A DNA stretch of 64,000 nt from Pelagomonas calceolata. Lineage: Eukaryota. Below the pieces are notes generated by a model. That model did not search any database. It was not told the origin of the DNA and saw nothing but the letters and a program-made list of their open reading frames with translations. Position numbers and translations under genes: made by a program. Of the stretch, positions 41,561 through 50,389 are shown in pieces; positions within the stretch are counted from its first letter, which is position 1; each line of letters starts with the position of its first letter. The stretch lies in assembly GCA_918797485.1 (NCBI GenBank), contig CAKKNE010000002.1:496001-560000 (forward strand). Reading direction: 5' to 3'.

Positions 41561-41998
41561 CTTCCTTTTTCCTTTTTTGCTGGGTGCGGCGACGGCTTGG
41601 CTGGTGGTTCCGGCTCGCTGCGAGAGTGCAGGCGATGACGACGGACTGCAGTGCAGACGCTTGCGCTGAGCGATCGACTAGCGAACAGTTGCACTGCACA
41701 CGCTGTGCGAAAGCGCTTGCGGTTGTTTACACTGCTCTTTGCCTCGTTTTTCACGGCTCGCGGATTGTATGGTACCTCGGTACCTTGGTACATAAAGTAG
41801 AGGTATAAAGCCGATTGTAGATACGTCCGTAGGCTTCCGAAGAACGGCGCCTGCGTGTGGGAATCGTCGCGGACGCACCGCACCCACGTTCACGCCATCG
41901 ACGCGACGCGCGGCCGCGTCGACGCAAGGCGGACACATCCCGCGCTGGGTAGTAGCCACCGGGCAGTCCGAAAGGAAACTAGGTGCATAAGTATTTAT

Positions 41999-42628
41999 TC
42001 ATAGGGCGCGCGAGATGGCGCCGATCTTCGTCGCGGCGGACAGGTCGAGGTACTTGTCGCCGATCTGCACGGTGAGGCCGCCCAAGAGACTGGGGTCGAC
42101 CTTCGCCGAGAGCTTGACCGTCTCGCCTTGTTTAAGATGGGGCTTGAGCGCCGCGGAGATCTTTTTGGTTTGGGCCGCGGTCAGCTCCGTCGCCGACGTG
42201 ATGACGGCGTCGACTTCCTTGCGCTCGGCCTTCATCAATGTAGCATAAGCCTCGATCACTTTATCGACCTCGCCCAACCTGGCGTTCGCCGCGAGCGTCG
42301 TGAGCGTGTTCACGGTGATGCTGGACGCTTTACTGCCCTCAAACAACTTCTCGACGGCCGCGACCTTCTCGGCGCGGGGAATCGTCGGGTTCTTCACGAA
42401 GCCGGCGAGCGACGCGTCCTTGGCGAGCGTCGCGGCCAAAGCGTTGAGCTCGCCCTCGACCTGGGCCGTCTTGCCGCCCTTGGCCGCGCTCACGTAGGCC
42501 GCCGACGCGTAGCGCGCGTGGATGCCGAAGAGCTTGACGGGCGGCTCGGCCGCGGCCTCGGCGGCGAGGCCCCGCCGGGCGGGCGCCAGGCGCGGCGCCA
42601 GGGTCCGCGCGACGGCGCGGAGGGCCAT
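41999..42628 (-). CDS. ATP5O: Mitochondrial ATP synthase OSCP (delta) subunit
   Basis: PPVKLFGI.ARYASA, NPTIPR, VDPSLLGG..V.IGDKYLDLS. Confidence 0.95.
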   Translation of the reverse strand: MALRAVARTLAPRLAPARRGLAAEAAAEPPVKLFGIHARYASAAYVSAAKGGKTAQVEGELNALAATLAKDASLAGFVKNPTIPRAEKVAAVEKLFEGSKASSITVNTLTTLAANARLGEVDKVIEAYATLMKAERKEVDAVITSATELTAAQTKKISAALKPHLKQGETVKLSAKVDPSLLGGLTVQIGDKYLDLSAATKIGAISRAL

Positions 42629-42930
42629 CCTTTCCTTTTTGCTCGGCGCGCGTAGAGATAGCCTGGAGCTGAGCCCTAAGTAGTTTTAGGTCTCTCGCTC
42701 CCTGGCTTCGGCGGTTTCTCGCTCCGCTGAGTTTGCGCGGCAAGCCTGATCGCAGCACGACGCGTCTCAGTCAACGCGCGGCGGAGGGCTCGTCGTCGCG
42801 GACCCAAATGGCTGTCGCAGCGAGGGCTCGAGCTTGGCTTTTTGTTGGCTGGGCATGGGCGCGCAAGGCATCGATCTGCCACCCATACGTGCGCGTTCGA
42901 TTCTCTGTAGCTGGGCAAGCGATCGCGCAG

Positions 42931-42950
42931 CTAGCGCGGTAAGACACTAG
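42931..42950 (+). promoter_or_regulatory. CTAG-bracketed intergenic motif
   Basis: CTAGCGCGGTAAGACACTAG between divergent genes, 19/20 identical to 13685-13704. Confidence 0.6.
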
Positions 42951-43161
42951 CCAAAGGCAGCCGCCTCGGCGCCCGACTCGTTTGGCGGGCGTACTCGTTG
43001 CCCGTTGCCAAGGAGCAGTCGCGGAACTAATTCAAGCCACAGTGACCCGGTGGCGATACAATTTTGCACGGCGAGGTTCTGTGAGCTGAGAGCTGCTATC
43101 AAGCACCCAAAACAACCTGTGAATTCGCCCACGCGGGACAGCCACGTTACAAAAAACGAGC

Positions 43162-44688
43162 ATGCCCGAAGACCCGGAAACAACGCCGCAAGGCCCGCGG
43201 TCGCCGTTATCCCCACAAAGCCCGGGCTTCGCCGAGGTCTTCGCGGACGAGGCGGACGTCGACGGCTGGCGCCTCGCCTTCGCCGCGAAGCAGCGCCTCT
43301 CGGTGAAACGGGATGACGACGTCGACAAGGAGCCGACCTACGCGCTGAGTTGCCGGTGCGGCACCTTCCGCTGGACGATTCCGAAGCTGCCCTTTGCGCG
43401 CTTCGAGGCGCTCGAAGGTGCTATAAAGCAGCCGCCGCTGCGGCCGTCGCTCGCCTTCCCGCGGCGCACGCGGTTTCTACGCGCGCCGCCGGCCGAGACG
43501 GCGCTCGACGCGTGGTGCGACATCCTGTCGCAGAATATCCGGGCCGCCGCTTTGGAACCGCCGACCACGGACCTGGCGGACGCCCTCGACGCTCTCTCAG
43601 ACATCCTGCGCCTTGAGGAAGCGAAGCCGAACATCGACGCCGCCGGCGCGGTCCTCGAGAAGCCCCAGCTCCAGACGAAGACGCCGCGGCGGCCGGCGAC
43701 GAACGATTCACTAAAGGCGCGCGACGCTAGCGTCGACCGGCGCCTGGATAGCGTCGCGGCGAAACTACGAGCGCTGCGCAAGGGCCGCACGGGCCGCAAG
43801 CCGGGCAAGCGGCCGAGCCGGCGCGCTTTGGCGTCGTTGCGCGTCGACGCGCCCGAGGTCACGGACGGGTCGCCGCCGCCGCCGCCGCCGCGACCGTCGG
43901 CCAACGCGCTGTCGCCGAACAACTTCTCCGAGCGCGGCCGGGCGCCGGTCCTCTCTTCATCAGAGACGGCGACGCTGCTGCACATCCCGCCCGCGGCGCC
44001 GGCCTTCGGCGACCTGTCGGCGCCGGTCCACACGACGCCGCCGCGGCCGGCGCGGCCGGCGCTGACCATATCAGAGACGGACACGCTCCTGCACGTGCCA
44101 TCAACACCAGCGATGGCGGACGCGATCGAGACGCGCGGCGCGCGGAGCCATCGGCGAGGCGACTCGCTCGTCCAGTTCCTCGAGCAGGAGCCCGCCGTGG
44201 CCGAGGAGGCCGCGGTCAAGCCCGAGGAGCGCGCCGTGTCGCTCACGCCGTCGCCCTCCAAATTAATGACGTCGGTCACGGAGACGCTCTTCCACCGGCC
44301 CGCGGCGCCGCCCCTGGAGGAGCTCCCGACGGAGGCGCTCGAGCGCGAGCTGCACCGGCGCCGCAGCGTGAGCCCGCGGCCCGCCGCGGACCAATCAAAT
44401 GGCCTGAGCGACGAGAGCGACGGCGCGGACAGCATGAGCGACGACGCGTCCTTTATACACGGCGACGACGACCTCGACTCGAACGGCACGCTGTCGCCCA
44501 TCCCGTCGCGGTCGACGACGCCCGTCTTTTATGATGCGGCCGTCGATCCGTCGACGCCTAGGTCGCTCACGCCGATTTTGTACGAGTCCGTGCTGGACCC
44601 CGAGGCGACGCCGACGCACTTCCGGCCGGTCGTGGAGCCTTCAGCGTCGGCGCGCCTGCTGGACTTCTTGGCGTCGCCCTTTCAGTAA
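43162..44688 (+). CDS. Hypothetical protein with PX-like N-terminal domain and low-complexity tail
   Basis: Y.L.C..G.F.W.I...F..F..L...., FP.R, LD.W. Confidence 0.6.
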   Translation: MPEDPETTPQGPRSPLSPQSPGFAEVFADEADVDGWRLAFAAKQRLSVKRDDDVDKEPTYALSCRCGTFRWTIPKLPFARFEALEGAIKQPPLRPSLAFPRRTRFLRAPPAETALDAWCDILSQNIRAAALEPPTTDLADALDALSDILRLEEAKPNIDAAGAVLEKPQLQTKTPRRPATNDSLKARDASVDRRLDSVAAKLRALRKGRTGRKPGKRPSRRALASLRVDAPEVTDGSPPPPPPRPSANALSPNNFSERGRAPVLSSSETATLLHIPPAAPAFGDLSAPVHTTPPRPARPALTISETDTLLHVPSTPAMADAIETRGARSHRRGDSLVQFLEQEPAVAEEAAVKPEERAVSLTPSPSKLMTSVTETLFHRPAAPPLEELPTEALERELHRRRSVSPRPAADQSNGLSDESDGADSMSDDASFIHGDDDLDSNGTLSPIPSRSTTPVFYDAAVDPSTPRSLTPILYESVLDPEATPTHFRPVVEPSASARLLDFLASPFQ

Positions 44689-44725
44689 ATAGCCAGTTTT
44701 GTTTAGACTGGGCGTAGGAATTACT

Positions 44726-45175
44726 TCAGAACTCCGGGTTGCCGTGGAGCCGGTTCATCAGCGCTTCGTAGGCCGTCACGATGAGCTGGAAGCGCACCGG
44801 GTCGCCGCCCTTGTCCGGGTGGTGCGCCAGCGCGAGGCGCCGGTACGCCGACCGGAGGGCCCGCTCCGACACGTCCCACGCCACGCCGAGGATCTCGTGC
44901 GGCTCGAAGGTCGCCGAGGCGTTGGCCCACTCGACCGCGGTCGGGTGGATTTTCCAACACACGGCGCCAGCGCCCAGCACCTGCGGAGGGAGCCATGCGC
45001 CGGCGCGCGCGCGGCCTCGGCGGACGCCGGCTGCGACGGTCGCGGCGAGCATATAAGGTTTTTTGCCTTGCGCCGCGCGCGCGATGATTACGGGCGTCAG
45101 GCACGTGATGAAGACAACCAGCCCAAAGAGCAAGTAGAAAGCGGCCGCGCCGTCGTTTGCTTCCACATGAACCAT
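44726..45175 (-). CDS. Small membrane-anchored DnaJ-domain protein
   Basis: FEPHEILGV, AYRRLAL.HHPDKGG, F..I..AYE.L, N-terminal TM. Confidence 0.85.
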   Translation of the reverse strand: MVHVEANDGAAAFYLLFGLVVFITCLTPVIIARAAQGKKPYMLAATVAAGVRRGRARAGAWLPPQVLGAGAVCWKIHPTAVEWANASATFEPHEILGVAWDVSERALRSAYRRLALAHHPDKGGDPVRFQLIVTAYEALMNRLHGNPEF

Positions 45176-45687
45176 GTTGGTTTTCGATCGACCTGCGAGG
45201 AGTCGCCGAGGACGCGTCGTTTCGGCGGGCCGCGGTTCTCTCTCGTATCTCTCTCTCCGGCCTCTCGTGGTGATCTGTACGCTCGAGCCACTTCGTGGCG
45301 CCTCCGTCGGGCCTTTTTTCGGGCCGCGGCGCCCGCGCGCACAGAGTAGCGCCTCAGACTTCGAATTGCACTAGGTCTCATTGACTCGTAGCAGACGTGT
45401 TCGCGCGTCGAAATGCGAGTCATCGCAGTATAGGGCTGTGTCTTCGTCCGCCGCGTGGCTTAGATTAATGCGGAAGTGCTCACCTGTGGTTTAGTTGTTG
45501 CAAAGCTTGAGACCTCCAACGAACCCAGGACTAGTGTCCTAGCACTGTCGCGTCGCCGTCGTCTCCGAGCGAACACTCGGGGCGACGACGTATGAGGGCC
45601 GGGGGCGGGACGAGCGTGCGATCAAGCAGGCTCCGCGTCGGTAGGAAAAGTAAGGAAAAGTCAGAAAACTTATGGAGCAAGATCGGA

Positions 45688-46978
45688 TCAGTCCTCGGGC
45701 CACGCGAGCGAGAACGAGTTCGACGTGCGGAAGGCCCGGTCGTAGCAGCCGCGGTGGCCCCGCGTCGGCGGCGGCGGCGGCGGCGGCAGGTCCGCGTCGA
45801 CGGCCTTCTTCCGCGGCGACGCGGCCCGCCGTTTTTGGGGAGACAGGGACCGCCGCGCCGCGGCTCGCCGCCGGGGCGGCTCCGGGGCGCCGCCGAGGAG
45901 CGCCTCGATGCGCTTGAGCGTCGCGGTCACGTCCGACTTCTCCCTTTCGAGCTTCGCGATGCGCGCCTCGAGTTTGGGGCGGTCGCGCTCGCCCGGCGGC
46001 GGCGGCGCGCCCCACGGGCGGCGCTCCTTTTGTTTTGGAGGCTGCGAAGGCGGGGGCGGCGGCGGCGGCGCGTACGCGGGCTTCTTCGGCGCCTTCTTGG
46101 GCTTATGAGCCTTCCGCAAGGCACGCTCGGCGCGCGCCCGTTCCGCCGGCGTCTTGTGGAAGGTCAGCGGCGCCGCCGCACCACTAGAATCTGGCACGGC
46201 TCGTTTGGTCGCGATGCGCTCCGGATCCAAACGCACGGGCGCCGGCCGCGACACGACGGGCGCGCCCCTAGCTTGCTGGAGCGCCTGCGCCACGCTCGGA
46301 TAGCTCCGCGGCGCGTCGCCGTGGCGCTTGCCCGTCGTCGAGCAGCGCATCGCCGCCTGTGCGGAAGATCAACGGTGAGTCCTGGACGCCGTCGAGGCGA
46401 CTCGCGGCGATGGCGTAGGGGTGGCGCCACACGCCATCGACGCGACCGCACCCCCGCACGCCATCGTCGCGTCGAACGTGATTTATGCACGGCTCGCGAA
46501 CCGCGCCGAGGAACTGATCCTGGGAACCGTGGCAGCCCTTGAGGTGCGCTCTCAATGCGCGCGCGTGGAAGCTCCGCCCGCAGTTCGGGCACGTCTCGAG
46601 GGACTGCTCCTTCCAGATCCGCATCGCCTGGCGGTTCACCGCTTCCAAGGTTTTGGGATTCGGCTTGCCCGGCGGCACGTCCGGCCCCTCGGGCAGGGGC
46701 CTCTGCTGACTCTTGGGTTTTTGTTGTTCCTCTTGCAACCAAGCCTGAGCGCACCTCGACGCGTGGCACCGGAAACTTTTGAGCAGCTGCGGCGTGCCGC
46801 AAAGATGACAAATACGCATCGCCGGCGCCTTGCCCGTCGGAATCGACGAATCCGCCTCCTCGTGGTGCTTTGTTAAATTAGGGTCGTCGGTCGAGATCGC
46901 GAGGCCCGTCGTCGTGAGCGAGAAGGGCGACTCGCGCGTCTCGCGGAAGTGGGAGAGGCTGGCGTTGAGGGGGTCCAT
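45688..46978 (-). CDS. C2HC zinc-finger protein (ZNF474-like), exons 46978-46502 and 46356-45688
   Basis: CHLCG...H..RC and CPNCGRSF...H.KGC. A phase-0 intron joins the two ORFs. Confidence 0.78.
46357..46501 (-). mobile_element. Degenerate introner-type intron (145 nt)
   Basis: Ends CCGTGCATAAATCA / TGATCTTCCGCACAG, GT 9 nt before the TIR, internal CACGCCATCG copies. Confidence 0.8.
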
Positions 46979-47309
46979 TTTTCCTGTCCAGGCGCGTTCG
47001 GGTGTCTGTCCGGGTGCGCTGTCGGCGTGTGCACTTGTTTCGGCTCTGGAGGCGGTTTGGCCTTGTCCAGCCGGATAACTGGCGGTTCGAACCCAAAGCG
47101 GTTCAAGCGGTCGAGCCCAATGTCCTAGCGCTTCAACGCAGCAAGCAGCAGCGGTCTTGCCGTGTACTCAGCGGCGGTTTGCTCTAAAAAAAGCAAAGGC
47201 TAAAATTGCTAAAAAAACCCGTGGCATGATCACGTCTCCGCCCATTAGTCCTAGCACCGGCACAGAAAACAACAACTCGCCGAGACAAAAAGAAAACCAC
47301 AAACCTCCC

Positions 47310-47993
47310 TTATAACCGCGAGTGCAGCCGCTTCGCGACGGTGCGCATGCGGTTGTACACCTTGCCCGGCGGCGCGCCGATGATCAGGTCGCAGATGGCG
47401 TCGCGCGCGACCTTGATGTTCTGCGCCGAGCCGAGCACGTGCACGTGCGTGCCCGCGACCACGACGCGCGTCCGCGTCGCGTTCTCGATCGCGTGCCGCG
47501 TCTTGCCGTCGGCGCCCGCGATGCGTCCCACCGCGCGACTCAGGTGGTCCCCCCGCAGGATCTTCACGTCCTTCACCTCGAACGAGTCGACGAACAGGTC
47601 CTCGAGTCTCAATAAAGCGAGCGCGTCGGCCACTTCAAAACCCAGCGCGAAGGCCGCGACAAAGTCCGCGCCCTTCTGCACGGCGCCCGCGTCCGGCGTT
47701 GTGGGTGCCGACCGCAGTTCAACACATCTAGATCGAGGATTGAAGCGCACCTGCAGCTTGAGCTGTTCTACCAAAGGCGTCACGATCTGGGGCCAGGCCT
47801 TGCGCAGCGGCGTGTAGCGGTGCGCCGGGACGCGCACCTTGCGGTACTCCACTCTCCCCTCCGCGGCGGCGTCGAGCGCCGCGAACTCGGGCACCGCCGC
47901 CTCGTCCGTTTTTTCTGCTCGCGGCTCGCGGCGCACGGGGTCGCCAGCCTTGATCGCGCGCGGCGCGTCCGGGGTTTTGCGTTTCGTGGACAT
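47310..47993 (-). CDS. PNO1: Pre-rRNA processing KH protein PNO1/Dim2
   Basis: VP.HRYTPLR, QKGADFV.AF.LGF, DHLSRAVGRIAG..GKT, G.PPGKVY. Confidence 0.95.
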   Translation of the reverse strand: MSTKRKTPDAPRAIKAGDPVRREPRAEKTDEAAVPEFAALDAAAEGRVEYRKVRVPAHRYTPLRKAWPQIVTPLVEQLKLQVRFNPRSRCVELRSAPTTPDAGAVQKGADFVAAFALGFEVADALALLRLEDLFVDSFEVKDVKILRGDHLSRAVGRIAGADGKTRHAIENATRTRVVVAGTHVHVLGSAQNIKVARDAICDLIIGAPPGKVYNRMRTVAKRLHSRL

Positions 47994-48263
47994 AAAGTCA
48001 CAGGCCCCAGGCTGCACAGAGCCTATGCTTTTATTTAGGCAACGTAAACAGTCCGCTCTCTGCCGCGAGTAATTACAACTCAAAGGGTTGGCTGCGGCTG
48101 CTCGGTGATGATCTCTATTGCGTAGTCGCGTCCAGCGGCCAATATCGCCTACAGCTGTGCGCAGCTGGGCCTCCCAACACCAGCACTTGATGCTGCTCCA
48201 ACACAGCGTCGAGAGACGCGAGACGACTCGTGCGAGCCGACGCGTCAGCCCTGCACTTTCGCG

Positions 48264-48284
48264 CTAGCGGCATGGAGACACTAG
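48264..48284 (+). promoter_or_regulatory. CTAG-bracketed intergenic motif
   Basis: CTAGCGGCATGGAGACACTAG between divergent genes. Confidence 0.55.
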
Positions 48285-48451
48285 CAGCAAGCAAGCCTGG
48301 AGGCAAAAAGACGCTGCATTGCTGTAAACAAGCGAGATTTGCGCGAAGAATGCGGGAAAGTGACTGCACCAACGATGCGCAACGCTGCGCAACGCTGCGC
48401 GAGGCGTGCCGTTGCATTGATTGAGCAAATGCACTCAGGGAGCAAAAACTA

Positions 48452-50344
48452 ATGGACGCCGCCGCCGCAGCCCTCTACAAGGAAGGCTACGCCGTCGCAC
48501 CGATCACCTTAAAGACGAGACAAGCCGCGCTCGCTGCGGCGCGCACATTCTTCGAGCTGCCCGACGCCGTCAAGCGCAAAGCCATCGCACCAAAGCGCCA
48601 GGCGACGCGCGGCTACTCGCCGCCGAACGCCGAGAACTACGCCGCGCTGGGCGGCGTGGCGAACCAGCCGAACGACGCCGTCGAGAAGTTGAGGCTCGGC
48701 GCGTGGCTGCCGTTCGGCGGCGACGCCTCAGAAGCCCAGGACGGCGTTTCCTGGCCGCGCGAGGCGAAGGAATTGCGGGACGCGCTCGTCGCGTTTGGGG
48801 CGGAGGCGGCGGCGGCGGCCGTGCGACTCGTCGAAAAATGCGCCGCTCGCGGTGGCTGGGCCGCCCCAACGGCGGGCTGCCGCGCCACGTTAACAGTGAA
48901 CGGCTACGGCTTCGCCAACACACCAAAAAGCGGCACGCTCGTAGCCGCACATACGGACGTCGGCGTGCTGACGCTCGTGACCTTCGACGCCGGCGCGTGC
49001 GGCCGCCTCGAGTTCGAGTGCGACGAGGGCGGCTGGCGCGCGGCGCCGGCGGACGGCGTGCTGATCCACGCGGCCGACGGCATCGCGGCGCTCGCGCCCG
49101 GCGCGCCTGTAATTAGACACCGGGTCGCAGCGACGGGCGTCAAAGGGAGCCGCGTCTCGCTCGCGCTCTTCGTCGACCTCCCGCCGGACCACCGCGTGCG
49201 GGGCGCGACGTACGCGGCCTGGCGGCGCGACCGCATCCGGCGCGCGCGGGCCGTGGGCGCGCAGAAGCATCAAGAGGACGAGAGGCAGACGCAGCAGAGG
49301 CTGCCGCCTGACGAGCGGCAGACGGCGCTGCGCCTGTACGCCCTGACGCCAGCATCACAAAGGCGGATCCTCACGGAGGCGCAAATCGCAGCTTTTATCA
49401 GAGAAGGCTACGTCGTCGTCCCCGGAGTTGTAACAACGGAGCGCCTCGCTGCCGCACGGCGCGGCCTCGCCGCGACCCTGGCGCGGCACGGCGTCTCCAT
49501 GGAGGACGCGGCGACGCACGAGGGCCTGCGCCGGCTCTCGACGACGCGCGGCGCCGGCGGCGTGCTCGACCTCTTCTACGACCGCTGGAAGCTCGATTTG
49601 ACGTTGGGGACGTCCTTGTACGCTGATTGCTACCGCGACCTCTTCGCGGCGACCTACGGGACGAACGCGGGGCTTTGGGCCCACCCCTACGGCCCCGTCG
49701 CCGCCGAGGCGTTGTGGGCCCACGTCGACCGCGTCGGCGTCCGCGTGCCCGACGCGGCGGGCAAGAAACGGGCGCTCCAGCGCTCGCTGACGCCCCACCT
49801 CGACTGCTGCCCCGACCGCCTGCACGCGGGCGGGGGCAAGCGGTTCCCGCGCTGGCGGCCGATCCAGTGCTTCCTGGCGCTCGACGGCGCGCTCGAGGCC
49901 GACCAGGGCGGCTTCGAGTGCTGCGGCGGGTTCCACCGGCGCTTCGAGGCCTACTACGCGGACCGCGCCGCGCGCGCCGGCGGGTCGCTGCCGTGCGTCG
50001 GCGACTTCATCGCCCTGACGATGCGCGACGACGCTGCTGTCGTTGCGGCCGTCGGACACGTCCCGGTTCCTGCTGGTGCGGCGGTGTTCTGGGACCAGCG
50101 CGTACCGCACGCGAACGCTCGACGGAATACGAAGCACGAGGCGAGGGCGGTCGCCTACGGCGGGTTTCTCCCCCGCACGCCGCTGAACGATGCGTATGCA
50201 ATCGAACAGCGGCGCCGCTTCCTCCTCGGCGAGCCGCAGCCGGACTTCTGGACCGACGGCCCGCCGCCACCGGCCCCGCCGGACCACTCCGCTACCGTGG
50301 ACGCGCTGGGCCCGCACGCGCGGAGCCTGCTAGGAATACCTTGA
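48452..50344 (+). CDS. Fusion of an IPNS-type 2OG-Fe(II) dioxygenase and a PhyH-type dioxygenase
   Basis: HTD..HRV..RVS in the N-half, F..EGYVVV, PHLD, IQ.FLAL, WD..VPHAN, R in the C-half. Confidence 0.8.
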   Translation: MDAAAAALYKEGYAVAPITLKTRQAALAAARTFFELPDAVKRKAIAPKRQATRGYSPPNAENYAALGGVANQPNDAVEKLRLGAWLPFGGDASEAQDGVSWPREAKELRDALVAFGAEAAAAAVRLVEKCAARGGWAAPTAGCRATLTVNGYGFANTPKSGTLVAAHTDVGVLTLVTFDAGACGRLEFECDEGGWRAAPADGVLIHAADGIAALAPGAPVIRHRVAATGVKGSRVSLALFVDLPPDHRVRGATYAAWRRDRIRRARAVGAQKHQEDERQTQQRLPPDERQTALRLYALTPASQRRILTEAQIAAFIREGYVVVPGVVTTERLAAARRGLAATLARHGVSMEDAATHEGLRRLSTTRGAGGVLDLFYDRWKLDLTLGTSLYADCYRDLFAATYGTNAGLWAHPYGPVAAEALWAHVDRVGVRVPDAAGKKRALQRSLTPHLDCCPDRLHAGGGKRFPRWRPIQCFLALDGALEADQGGFECCGGFHRRFEAYYADRAARAGGSLPCVGDFIALTMRDDAAVVAAVGHVPVPAGAAVFWDQRVPHANARRNTKHEARAVAYGGFLPRTPLNDAYAIEQRRRFLLGEPQPDFWTDGPPPPAPPDHSATVDALGPHARSLLGIP

Positions 50345-50389
50345 TGATGTTGTTGTAACTTGAACGATATGATTAACACAAAAAATAGA

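Noticed and set aside
42890..47100. GTTCGA T-loop-like words (about 42895 and 47086, also 30497)
   Set aside because: No complete T-stem, acceptor stem or cloverleaf, so not tRNAs
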